A DNA stretch of 64,000 nt from the NCBI GenBank assembly GCA_038247415.1, contig JBBRUX010000007.1, positions 1-64,000 on the forward strand. The letters are read 5' to 3'. How positions within the stretch are numbered: the first letter of the stretch is position 1; every line of letters starts with the position of its first letter. The stretch is from Chitinivibrionales bacterium (lineage in GTDB: Bacteria > Fibrobacterota > Chitinivibrionia > Chitinivibrionales > WJKA01). Below the pieces are notes generated by a model. It ran no database searches and was not told the origin of the DNA. It saw only the letters and a program-made list of their open reading frames with translations. The position numbers were made by a program, and so were the translations under genes. This document shows, piece by piece, positions 50,149 through 59,813 of this stretch.

Positions 50149-50487
50149 TTAAAGGCGAAGAACCGTAGAGGAGAGTGCTACAAGAGAAATGTTTGGGAGA
50201 GGATTATTATCGCGGAAAATTAAGTCGTTTTTATCAGAAAGATTCTGATTGTTTTGGAATAGCCTCCTTGCTGATTGTTTTGATATTCTAATTTGATGAG
50301 TATTTTTGATAGTAAATGATTGAGCGATGCGACCGGTGACATCTTCTGAGGAGTATTCCCGATTATTTTCAGAGCTGGATTTTGAACAATCTGAGTGGTT
50401 TAAAGAAATAGTGCAAGGGCTTTCCGCACCAAGAGCCAGAACAAAAATCACAAACAAGACAGAAATGAGCTGAAGAAATTTGTCCAT
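50149..50487 (-). CDS. Small exported hypothetical protein
   Basis: Hydrophobic signal peptide from MDKF, Cys/His segment, low-complexity middle, ends LSSTVLRL. Confidence 0.45.
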   Translation of the reverse strand: MDKFLQLISVLFVIFVLALGAESPCTISLNHSDCSKSSSENNREYSSEDVTGRIAQSFTIKNTHQIRISKQSARRLFQNNQNLSDKNDLIFRDNNPLPNISLVALSSTVLRL

Positions 50488-50643
50488 ATATTTATTTCGA
50501 TTGTCCAAGGAATAAATTGTTTTGAATTGAGCCGGCCCTATTATGACGTCGGTGCACAATCCATTGCTTAATAGATCCACAATGGCAAACGTGGCTGGGG
50601 ATACCAAGGAAGCAATTTAAAATGGATGCCATTATAAAATCCT

Positions 50644-51500
50644 TTATCTGTTTTCTTTGGTCAAATCGGATCCTGCGATTGATGGAATTAATTTTAAAAG
50701 TTCCATAAATGCAATTGCGATAACCCCACCGGAAAGTGCCAAAAGTACATCTGTTATAGAAACATTTCCAAACTGAAAAATATTTTTAAGAAAAGGCAGT
50801 GTGAAAATTAGGCTCATCAGGACTGTTGTTCCGTCCATTAGCCATCTGAACGCAGCATTCTTTTCAGCGTGCAGACGGGATCGATAATCAGTTCAAGAAA
50901 AACAATATGAACGGGAAATAGAATAAGAGGCCATTTAAAAAGGCCTGGTATCCATGAGAGTCCTGTAATTGGTATATGAACCGAGAGAATATACATCATA
51001 GCTTTTTTGAGGTTGTCATAGATGCGTCGTCCCATGCGAACTGCTGTCACAATAGAATTAAAATCGTCATCAGGAAGAACAAGAGATGCAGCTTCGCGGG
51101 CAACATCGGTACTACGACCACCCATGGCTATGCCGATATGCGCAGCCTTAAGTGCGGGGGCACCGTTGACACCATCGCCGGTTGTGGCGACTATTTCCTT
51201 GTTAATCTTTAGAGCATTGACAATACGTAGTTTCTGTTCCGGTACCATGCGAGCGAATATATAACTTCTTTGATCTGCACAGCAAGTTCATCATCACTCA
51301 GAGCTTCGAGTTTCGAGCCACTGTGTTTGTGTCTTGTCGAAGTGGCATAAGTCCGCACTTGCTTCTGGTGCGCCTTTGGCTGCAATTACCAATTAATCAC
51401 CCGATTCGGAAGTCCACACGCGCGACATTGCGAGAAGCTCTTTACTGAGAGGATATTCGCGCTGTAAGTTCCAGGAAGCATAAAGATGCTCAATTTTTGC
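50644..51500 (-). pseudogene. Cation-transporting P-type ATPase remnant
   Basis: Fragments REYPLSKELLAMS, KGAPE preceded by an in-frame TAA, FARMVPEQK, TGDGVNGAPAL (Asp lost), GRRIYDNL; frameshifts and large deletions. Confidence 0.85.
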
Positions 51501-51831
51501 AAGACTACTTTCTAAATATATTGCAAGGTGAAAAGGAAATCAAATAGTAATTATCCTTATTTGAAGTTCAGCCAATTTGCAGCCCAATTTTTTAACTTTG
51601 TGGAAGTCATAGCTGCATACGCCAGTCGTGGGGGATGAGATTGCAATGATACGTTGAGATGATATGCTGCTGTCAATCAAGAGATTGGTCGCCGCTAGAT
51701 CGACAATAGGTGACTAAGCGGCACTAGCTTTTGCCGCAATTATCATGTTGCCTATGAAAATTAGTCGTACCATTTTGTCGAGAGCAAATTTCAATGGCGA
51801 CGAAATCATTGCGGAAGCTTTATTACCCGGC

Positions 51832-53016
51832 CTAAAACTTTTTCGTTATCGACATATCAATGGTGTGATACGTATAAGAATTTTTTCCAAAAAAAGAATA
51901 AGCACTATAAGGTTGTGAATAAATCTTATACTCGACACCAAGGGAGGTATTCCACCAAAGGTTTTTTGCCATTGAAGCTGTAAAAGTCAACGGAGCCAAG
52001 CCATTATAGAAGTAGTAAAAATCTCCAAAGCCAGCAAGGATATTTTTGGGGACAGATTGATAGTATCCCCGATACGTTCCGCCAGAAACAAGAGGCATGG
52101 TAATTTTACTAAACAAATTATTGATTAGCGCTTCGTTACTGGCCCATTTCTTTTCAAATGCTAGAATGCAATGAGCAGACCATTCATCTTGTGGTGTTGT
52201 ATAAGGTGCATAGCCGTATAGAATTTCGCCAGAATCAGTTTCTGCTAATGGTAGATAAAAATTTTCTTGGGTTGTACGGTAAGCGATTGACAAGCCACCA
52301 TACAAAACAGGAGTAATGGGGCCGAATGTGTAAAATGAAAAGTTGTGAAGTGTATTTTCGGGGAGTGGGTTTGTAGCATCATCAATAAAATTTCTCAGTG
52401 GATTTACCACGTCAAAAAATGTCTTGAAAAACAGAGTGTCATTTAAAATCGTATTCAGGTCTTTTCTGTCAACACTCTTATACTGATCATTCTGGTAATC
52501 GCAGTGGAACTCCCACTGTGCAACCTGTGCGGCGACATCGGCGCCAATGGAGCGTTTTGTAACGCCGATATATTGTGCAAAAGGATTTTCGGCAGTAACG
52601 CCATAATCAAATCGCACGTGGGGTGACCATCGAACGGCCGGTGCCGCAGGTAGTGTAAATGACAGTGGTAGCGAACCACTGAAACGCATGCGACCAGATT
52701 TTCCTGTTGGATACCAGACCTGCTGATATGTGGGTGTGGCCTCAAAGGCGCCAATCGTTAAAAAATAACTGCACCCCGCAGAAATCCTTTTGTCTGCAAT
52801 GGGTGCAAATCCGCTGATGGAATGGGATATTTTAGATTCCTGATAATCAACCGATGCAGAAATAAGTCCAAGACCAGCTTTAAAATTTTTCAATTTCGCT
52901 TCTACGTCTGTGGCATGGAAGTATGTGTTGTCAAAAAGATAGCTGTACATTCCAGAGATCTCCCGACTTGAAACGATGGATACGGTGAGCATAAGTATGC
53001 TCAACAGAATTTTCAT
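51832..53016 (-). CDS. Hypothetical outer-membrane beta-barrel protein
   Basis: Signal peptide, aromatic-rich alternating strands, C-terminal SITKKF; ATGA overlap with the upstream gene. Confidence 0.55.
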   Translation of the reverse strand: MKILLSILMLTVSIVSSREISGMYSYLFDNTYFHATDVEAKLKNFKAGLGLISASVDYQESKISHSISGFAPIADKRISAGCSYFLTIGAFEATPTYQQVWYPTGKSGRMRFSGSLPLSFTLPAAPAVRWSPHVRFDYGVTAENPFAQYIGVTKRSIGADVAAQVAQWEFHCDYQNDQYKSVDRKDLNTILNDTLFFKTFFDVVNPLRNFIDDATNPLPENTLHNFSFYTFGPITPVLYGGLSIAYRTTQENFYLPLAETDSGEILYGYAPYTTPQDEWSAHCILAFEKKWASNEALINNLFSKITMPLVSGGTYRGYYQSVPKNILAGFGDFYYFYNGLAPLTFTASMAKNLWWNTSLGVEYKIYSQPYSAYSFFGKNSYTYHTIDMSITKKF

Positions 53017-54353
53017 CGTATAACCCTATTCTTAAATGTAAAAACGTCTAGATTATTGCTGATAGTTACTACATACATTCCCTTGACGATAGGCTTTGAA
53101 AAGTTGATAGATGTAGTGTTGTGCTCTACCGGCATTTGGAGCAACAGTTTTCCGTCGGGTGTGTGTATCCGCACCATTGCACCTAGCAAGCCGGTCATTG
53201 CGCCCATAGCAAGGCTGGAACGGGTAAGTGTGGGCGATAAGGCGGTTCTGCGTATCGATGGAATCAAATTTTTTACATCGCGAACATCGGTAAAAAGCGA
53301 CATCGGAGCTATTTTGAGCGTCATTGACGTTCCGCTCTTGTCGAACCAGCACAGCGTGTCGCTATGTAGTGTTGGATGTCCCTGGTATCCTGGCGCAACA
53401 ACAAGCGGAACGGTAGTGCCGGACACGGTATTATACCCATAGATGTCTGCATTGGTACTGTCGGTTGATGTTGCGTTGCGAAAGTCTTCCCATACAATCC
53501 AGTTCCCTCGAACAAAGGGGTTTCCTTGATATTTTGAGGCTATACAAATCGGAGTTGTTACTCCATTTGTCAAATTGTATGAATAGATGTCTCCGTTTTT
53601 ATGATCTACTGTGGCATTACGATAATCTACCCAGACAGCGACATTACCATCGATGCGTGGATCATCTTTCCCAGCAGAAAAAGGGGCAATTTCGATACCT
53701 GATGAGGTGACTGGAGTATACGAAAAAAGCCGCCCAAAAGACTGTGCATTATCTATCCAGACAATCGAACTACCGTCGGTAAACGGTTTGCCTTGGTATG
53801 CATGATCATTGGTTATTCGACGCTCTTGGTTTGCAGAAAGATCATACATGAAGATTTCGCTATTGAGACTGTCGACTGAGGTAGAATCCCAATAGCGGTA
53901 ATCCACCCAAATAGCATAGTTCCCCCCAACCCAGACAGCTTCTTTCCAACTGCTGTTTGTGGTCAATTGTCGAGTAACATTGGTACTAATATTTTTTTCA
54001 TAGAGATAACAGGTACGGCCTCCGCTACCTGCTCCACCACCAGAACCAGGCGTTCCAGATGCAAGGTATGGAACATACACCAATCGGTTATTCGCATAGC
54101 CATAAGTGATGTAATAGGGCATTGAGTTGTCGCTTGGGACAGCAACGGTTTTAGCTTTTGTAGCAAGTGTTACGAGTGAAACCTGGGCCCAGTAGAGAGA
54201 GGACGTGGCATAATGGTAGTCAAAACAGGCCATTTTTCCCTGAGACATGACCCCCCAGGTATCGGTGCTTACCGATGTCAATACTTCCTCGGAAGAAACC
54301 GCAGCAATGAGTAGTGGAAAGCTTACCGTTAGTATTTTGAGTATGCGATTCAT
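53013..54353 (-). CDS. Secreted beta-propeller repeat protein with T9SS-type C-terminal tail
   Basis: Repeats W(V/E)D(Y/F)RN...DIY.Y and Q..P; tail IHTPDGKLL...KGMYVVTI. Confidence 0.7.
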   Translation of the reverse strand: MNRILKILTVSFPLLIAAVSSEEVLTSVSTDTWGVMSQGKMACFDYHYATSSLYWAQVSLVTLATKAKTVAVPSDNSMPYYITYGYANNRLVYVPYLASGTPGSGGGAGSGGRTCYLYEKNISTNVTRQLTTNSSWKEAVWVGGNYAIWVDYRYWDSTSVDSLNSEIFMYDLSANQERRITNDHAYQGKPFTDGSSIVWIDNAQSFGRLFSYTPVTSSGIEIAPFSAGKDDPRIDGNVAVWVDYRNATVDHKNGDIYSYNLTNGVTTPICIASKYQGNPFVRGNWIVWEDFRNATSTDSTNADIYGYNTVSGTTVPLVVAPGYQGHPTLHSDTLCWFDKSGTSMTLKIAPMSLFTDVRDVKNLIPSIRRTALSPTLTRSSLAMGAMTGLLGAMVRIHTPDGKLLLQMPVEHNTTSINFSKPIVKGMYVVTISNNLDVFTFKNRVIR

Positions 54354-55423
54354 AGATTTTCTCCTTTGTGATAGGTTTTGATTTTTATGTGATCTGTAAT
54401 TTCTTTTTTGTCTATTTTTGTATACACCTCCGCATCGCTTGTGAAACTCAGGTCAACCGGTAATCCTGACGGTGTCTGTGCCTGGGGCGCATCGAATATT
54501 ATAAGGCCTTTAACAAGAGGGAAGTTTTTGGTGGCAAGCGAGTGAAACATATCGCGGTACCAGTCGTTCTTGTTGCCGCCGCCTTGCCCACACCCAGCCT
54601 CGGCGATTATAATGGGCTTATTATAGCCCTTAACAGCATCGTAGAGGATTTTTGTTACCGTATAAAAATCCATCCACAAACCGTTTTCGGCCAGCGAACC
54701 AAAGTTAAATATGTCGAGTCCGATCCAATCGACATATTTATCGCCAGGGTAGTTTGCCGTGTCTGCTGGGATATAGGGATTCCAAACAAAAGCGACATTA
54801 CGCGCTCCTTCCTGGGCAAAGATGTCGTGCACATGGCGCCAGAACCTCTTGTATGATTCTGGCGAATTTCCGTGTGAGGTACTCCAAGAGTACCACGGGT
54901 TGGACATCTCGTGCCCGGGTCGAAGGAAAAAAGGCTTTTTAAGCTTCGCCGCCTCCCGTGCCCAGGCATGTATAAACAAATCAAATTGACCTTGACTGAT
55001 GATATTCAGGGACGAGTCTACCTGACTATCCCTAAATTTTTTAAAGGCCGATACCCAAGGCTCCCAGGTTATCAAGGGAGTGTAACCGCCATTGACAAGA
55101 TTACGATTGACATCGGTTAAAAAAGCATGCTCTTTCTGGTCTCCCCAAGCCTGGTAATAGGAGACGATTGAGACCTGCGCACTTAACCCTTCCTGAACCA
55201 CAAACAGCATTCCGAATTCATAGGGTAATTCGGGCCGGTAAAGTCCAAGAAAAAATTCACTTTCTTGTGTCAATGCAATCTTGTCTTGGACCAGGTTTTT
55301 TGTAACACGCTGATAATAGACTTCGAGCCCCACACGCTCAAATGGTTTTATCGCATAGATATAGGCTGCAACAATAATACCAGATATTAGAGCAATTTTT
55401 AGCATGATAAAAATGCTTTTCAT
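54350..55423 (-). CDS. Glycoside hydrolase family 26, membrane anchored
   Basis: ITWEPW, LRPGHEM (acid/base), WYSW, YPGDKYVDWIGLD, KPIIIAE (nucleophile); N-terminal TM. Confidence 0.88.
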   Translation of the reverse strand: MKSIFIMLKIALISGIIVAAYIYAIKPFERVGLEVYYQRVTKNLVQDKIALTQESEFFLGLYRPELPYEFGMLFVVQEGLSAQVSIVSYYQAWGDQKEHAFLTDVNRNLVNGGYTPLITWEPWVSAFKKFRDSQVDSSLNIISQGQFDLFIHAWAREAAKLKKPFFLRPGHEMSNPWYSWSTSHGNSPESYKRFWRHVHDIFAQEGARNVAFVWNPYIPADTANYPGDKYVDWIGLDIFNFGSLAENGLWMDFYTVTKILYDAVKGYNKPIIIAEAGCGQGGGNKNDWYRDMFHSLATKNFPLVKGLIIFDAPQAQTPSGLPVDLSFTSDAEVYTKIDKKEITDHIKIKTYHKGENL

Positions 55424-56925
55424 GCACCACACCCCTTTTTTGGAAACAAGCCCCAGAATACCACAGGGGCTAATGACACAACATTCATTACTGCAAATAC
55501 CATCATAAGCTGCGTGCCGCTATCGATCCGAGGATATGTTGTTAGGACAAATGCGATTGACATACACGACAAAAGGATGGCGATTATATGCGGGAGCACA
55601 AGCGTTATGCTTGTTTTTTCGGATCCCGATTTAGGCGTGGGAATCCAGACAATATTCTTTCCTGTTAATGAATAAAAAAGAGCCAGCGTATAGATGTGCC
55701 ATGTCCCTTTTTCCAAAAACATCGAACGCCAGGGGAAGCCTTTTTCCTGCGGCGCCGAATACCAGCGCTGGATATACATACTGAGCATAAGCGAAGCGAT
55801 CACATACGGCGTTATGTGCAGGAAATATCCGCTTATAGGCATTTCTATTGCATATATCTTGAAAAAGATAAAAATGACAGGCAGAATAATTGTTAATAAA
55901 GTAACAGCTCCATTCAGATAAAATGTCCCGGCAAACAGGTAGTAGATTTTTTGTTGAATATTGAGATTAAAAAATGCCTTTGGATATTCGTGCAGCAAAA
56001 GATCAAACATTCCTTTGGCCCATTTGATCTGCTGTTTAAAGAATGACGCAAGGTCTTCGGGTACGAGTCCGTATGATGCACGATACGGCACGTATCGTCC
56101 TTTCCATCCGGCAGCATGCAATCGAAGGGATGTGCAGGCATCTTCGGCCAAATGGACTGCATGGCCATCAATAGAATCAAGTGCCGCGCGACGAAAAGTA
56201 CAATTAGCACCAATGGCAATTGCTGAATCAAGGCCAGAAAGTCCCATTTGCAGTGGCCCGTAAAATCCAAACCCCTGCTCGGCAGCGGCGTGTGCAACCA
56301 CATTTTTATCAGCGTTATAATATGCCTGAACAACCTGAACAAATCCCACTTTTTCATCGTTGAAATATGGCAGTGTTCTGTCAAGAAAATCCGGTTCGGG
56401 TATGTGGTCGGGGTCAAGCACCAGAACAAGCTCAGCCTTCGAGAAGTTTTTAAGGCAGTAGTTTATTTTCCCCGCCTTTGCTCCGGGCACCCCTTTACAA
56501 TTTATATGCCCAACTCCCAATTCTGAGCACAGCGATTTAAGTTGCGGATCATCGCTTCCATCAAGAAGGTAGGATGTGTGTGGATGTGTAATCTTTTGCA
56601 TTGCAATCAGGGTTGTCCGGAACATATCACATGGCTCGCCCGGCATGGCAGTTGTAAAAATATCGACTGTCCGGTGCGTTGTTGAGGTGTGTAGTGACGG
56701 GATGGCAATAAACTGGAAAAAGATCCAACTTATTACTGATCTAACAACGCCACGAAAAACAGCATAACTGAGGAGTATAAACAGAAAAATATTGACGCGA
56801 TGGCCTCCAAAAAACCAGTAGTCGGCCCAGTACAGTGCTGCTTCGATAGCAAGTATCGTGAGTATGGCAAACAGTATTCTGTCCCACCAGCCAATCCTTA
56901 TGGTTGTCTGCCCTGTAGAGTACAT
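55420..56925 (-). CDS. Cellulose-synthase-like processive GT2 (no PilZ domain)
   Basis: Two N-terminal TMs, LLDG, GAKAG, DPDH, QVVQAY, LAED, QQIKW, multiple C-terminal TMs, W.PTPK. Confidence 0.88.
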   Translation of the reverse strand: MYSTGQTTIRIGWWDRILFAILTILAIEAALYWADYWFFGGHRVNIFLFILLSYAVFRGVVRSVISWIFFQFIAIPSLHTSTTHRTVDIFTTAMPGEPCDMFRTTLIAMQKITHPHTSYLLDGSDDPQLKSLCSELGVGHINCKGVPGAKAGKINYCLKNFSKAELVLVLDPDHIPEPDFLDRTLPYFNDEKVGFVQVVQAYYNADKNVVAHAAAEQGFGFYGPLQMGLSGLDSAIAIGANCTFRRAALDSIDGHAVHLAEDACTSLRLHAAGWKGRYVPYRASYGLVPEDLASFFKQQIKWAKGMFDLLLHEYPKAFFNLNIQQKIYYLFAGTFYLNGAVTLLTIILPVIFIFFKIYAIEMPISGYFLHITPYVIASLMLSMYIQRWYSAPQEKGFPWRSMFLEKGTWHIYTLALFYSLTGKNIVWIPTPKSGSEKTSITLVLPHIIAILLSCMSIAFVLTTYPRIDSGTQLMMVFAVMNVVSLAPVVFWGLFPKKGCGA

Positions 56926-57770
56926 TATTTTACCCATAAGAGTTTTTCCAGACTTAGTTTGGCACGTTTGTTGTCGGGAGCTATAATTATCATGTTTTTA
57001 TATGCATCCCGCGCTTCACTAAATTTACCCGTCCACTCAAGTATCTGGCCCTTGAGTTGCAATGCGTCAAGAATGCGATCACGTACTTCTGGAGGAGCGC
57101 TTGCCGGCTTTCGATCCATTGCAATGACACTGTCCAGTTCACTTAATGCCGCGAGCGACTGGCCCTTCCATGCAGTTACTTCCGCACGACGGATTTTAGC
57201 GTGCATACGAAGGGTACGAGGGGCACTTGGGTCATCGACAACTCTGGTAAAAAGCGCTATCGATTCGTCAAACTTCTTTTTCCAGGAAAGAACCTCGGCT
57301 TTATGGTTCATTGTTGCCCAAGGTTGCTTTTCTTTTGCGATCATGCTGTCGTAACATGCAATGGCTTCATCGAATTTTCCCAGCATTTCCAAACGCATGG
57401 CAAAAACATTTTTATAGGCATGTTGGGTTTTGTTAGTTACTTTGTCGAGCAAACTGCCGGCTTTTTTGAATTCTTTTTTCCACAGCAATACTTCTGAGTA
57501 ATGTATAAGCACAGGATCATCGGCCTTCCCTGATGCAACTACCATTTCTAGATACAAAACAGCCGAATCTGCTTTGTAAATATGATAAAATGCTTCCCCT
57601 TTAAGCCGGAATGTTTCGTTGTTGTGTGTGCATTCTGCCAGAATTACAAGCGCTGTGTCATAATTTTGTTTACTAATGGCCTGCATCGCTTTTTTCTGAC
57701 AGGCATCTTGTGCCTGCAATGGCATAGTCACGTAGAACAGCATCAGAATCGACCAATGAGCAATGGTCAT
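56925..57770 (-). CDS. Exported tetratricopeptide repeat protein
   Basis: Signal peptide (LQA), helical TPR-like repeats (AEVLSW..KFDESI, GQILEW.GKF.EA). Confidence 0.8.
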   Translation of the reverse strand: MTIAHWSILMLFYVTMPLQAQDACQKKAMQAISKQNYDTALVILAECTHNNETFRLKGEAFYHIYKADSAVLYLEMVVASGKADDPVLIHYSEVLLWKKEFKKAGSLLDKVTNKTQHAYKNVFAMRLEMLGKFDEAIACYDSMIAKEKQPWATMNHKAEVLSWKKKFDESIALFTRVVDDPSAPRTLRMHAKIRRAEVTAWKGQSLAALSELDSVIAMDRKPASAPPEVRDRILDALQLKGQILEWTGKFSEARDAYKNMIIIAPDNKRAKLSLEKLLWVK

Positions 57771-58711
57771 GGTTCGCATACAGCAACTCTCCTTTTGCGT
57801 TCAAAGTCAATGGTTTTATTTATTCCAGCATCCAGACTTGTACTCGGTTGCCAGTTGAGAATTTTTTTAGCTTTTGTGCCGTCAACGCAATACTCCCACG
57901 ACTCTTTGTCGCGATAAGGAATCGCACCTGGCCGTACTTTATTCTTTTCACCAACCAATTTTTCTACCATGACAGCAACATCTCGCAGCATGGGAGCATG
58001 TCCGGTTCCAAGGTTGAAAAGACCGGAAATTTCGGGCTGATCAAGAACAATCTCAATGGCATTGACCAGGTCATCGATATAAATAAAGTCTCGGGTCTGT
58101 TCGCCTTTTGTCATGGGAAATTCCTTTCCATCCAGCAGCGATGAAACCAGCGTTGGAATAAACATTGCGTTTGTCTGACCAGCACCATAGAGTATACCTA
58201 TTCTGAAAATCACCCACGAAAGAGCGTATCTGTTGCCATAAAATCGGATAAGCTGCTCACTCATAAGTTTTGATAAGGCGTAAAAATCGCCCGGATCAGT
58301 CTGCATCGCTTCGGTGAATGGACCTTTTTGACTGCCATATACCAGTGCTGTTGACGGAAAGACTATACGCGCCTTGTGCTCTTGTGCCATTTCGAGGAGG
58401 AGAAACGTTGCCTGAATATTTGAATTCATAATAGCAAAGTAGGTGTTCGTGTCTGATGCTTGGGAAATGATTGCTGCAAGATGTATGATAGTGTCAAACC
58501 TATACATTAGAGAAAGTTTTTCGATACACGGTCGGCTTGATAAATCCCCTTTATGATATTCTATACCTGCGTGAAGGTTTTCGTTCAATGGAATAAAGTT
58601 TTCGTGAACATCAACGGCGACAATATTCGTTTTTGGCCGATTGACAAGAAAATTGATGAGATTGCGACCCACAAAGCCGTTTGCGCCGGTAACAAGAATT
58701 ACATTGTCCAT
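57767..58711 (-). CDS. NAD-dependent nucleotide-sugar epimerase/reductase (SDR)
   Basis: LVTGANGFVG, IHLAA, YALSK, GEQTRDFIY; ATG 58711 with GGAGG RBS. Confidence 0.87.
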   Translation of the reverse strand: MDNVILVTGANGFVGRNLINFLVNRPKTNIVAVDVHENFIPLNENLHAGIEYHKGDLSSRPCIEKLSLMYRFDTIIHLAAIISQASDTNTYFAIMNSNIQATFLLLEMAQEHKARIVFPSTALVYGSQKGPFTEAMQTDPGDFYALSKLMSEQLIRFYGNRYALSWVIFRIGILYGAGQTNAMFIPTLVSSLLDGKEFPMTKGEQTRDFIYIDDLVNAIEIVLDQPEISGLFNLGTGHAPMLRDVAVMVEKLVGEKNKVRPGAIPYRDKESWEYCVDGTKAKKILNWQPSTSLDAGINKTIDFERKRRVAVCEP

Positions 58712-59802
58712 GGTAAACCTCCTTGTGCAGCTTTTTCCACATAGAGTGCCAAATCTTCTGCTGTGGAAACAGTATTGATGGTATAAAAGTTTTTGTACCA
58801 CTGAACTGTCCGTTCAAACGTAGTTTCGAGATCCCATGTTGGATGCCACTTTAGCATTGAATGCGCCTTTGAGCAATCAAGACTGAGGAAGCGCGCTTCG
58901 TGGGGGTTTTTTTCCGACGATTGGATTTCGTATGCGATGGCAGCCCAGTATTTTTTGACTTTGCGTACAACCTCTTCGACGCACAGCGAACCTTCGGGTG
59001 GTGGACCGAAATTAAACGCAGTTGCAAAGTCGCGCTGCTCCAGCAGTAGGTGTTGACCTACTGTTAAATAGCCGCTTAAACATTCCAGAACATGCTGCCA
59101 TGGGCGTGTAGCATGGGGACTGCGAATGACAACTGTTTCCTTGTGGGAACACGATCGCATGATGTCGGGAATAAGCCTATCTCGCGCCCAGTCTCCGCCA
59201 CCAATCACATTGCCTGCACGCACACTTGACAAAAGGATGTTGTGGGATTTGCCATATTCTGCAAGATTAAAAAATGAATTGCGATAGCTTGCAATCATTA
59301 TCTCTGCGCATGCTTTAGAGGAGCTGTATGGGTCATATCCTCCGAGTTCATCAACTTCCCGATATCCCCACCACCATTCCCGATTCTGATAGACTTTGTC
59401 TGTGGTGATTGCCACAATAGCGCGCACCGATTCGGATGCGCGACACGCTTCCAATACATTCATTGTGCCAATAACATTTGTGCTGTAGGTACCCACCGGA
59501 TCGACATATGAATCGCGCACAAGGGCTTGCGCTGCAAGGTGAAACACAATTTCAGGTTTTTTTTCTGCTATTGTTTTACCGAGCAATTCAGTGTCGCGAA
59601 TATCACCGATGATTGAATTGATATCTAAGAATAGGCTGCTAAAGTGATTAGGTTCAGATTGTGGCTGCAAGGAGTATCCGGTGACCTCGGCTCCCATTTT
59701 TTTGAGCCAATATACCAACCATGACCCCTTGAAGCCCGTGTGACCTGTTACAAAAACTTTTTTACCTGCGTAAACTCCATTAAACAAATTTCGAAATTGC
59801 AT
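58699..59802 (-). CDS. rfbG: CDP-glucose 4,6-dehydratase
   Basis: TGHTGFKGSWL, HLAAQALVR.SY, TTDKVY, DPYSSSK, RAGNVIGGGDW, RPWQHVLE. Confidence 0.95.
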   Translation of the reverse strand: MQFRNLFNGVYAGKKVFVTGHTGFKGSWLVYWLKKMGAEVTGYSLQPQSEPNHFSSLFLDINSIIGDIRDTELLGKTIAEKKPEIVFHLAAQALVRDSYVDPVGTYSTNVIGTMNVLEACRASESVRAIVAITTDKVYQNREWWWGYREVDELGGYDPYSSSKACAEIMIASYRNSFFNLAEYGKSHNILLSSVRAGNVIGGGDWARDRLIPDIMRSCSHKETVVIRSPHATRPWQHVLECLSGYLTVGQHLLLEQRDFATAFNFGPPPEGSLCVEEVVRKVKKYWAAIAYEIQSSEKNPHEARFLSLDCSKAHSMLKWHPTWDLETTFERTVQWYKNFYTINTVSTAEDLALYVEKAAQGGLPWTM

Positions 59803-59813
59803 CGTGTGCTCCT

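Noticed and set aside
51719..51735. Second sigma54-like motif CGGCAC...TTTGC
   Set aside because: GG-to-GC spacing is 11 rather than 10 and no gene follows on that strand
55420..56925. Canonical bcsA cellulose operon
   Set aside because: No PilZ domain, bcsB or GH8, and the motif is QQIKW
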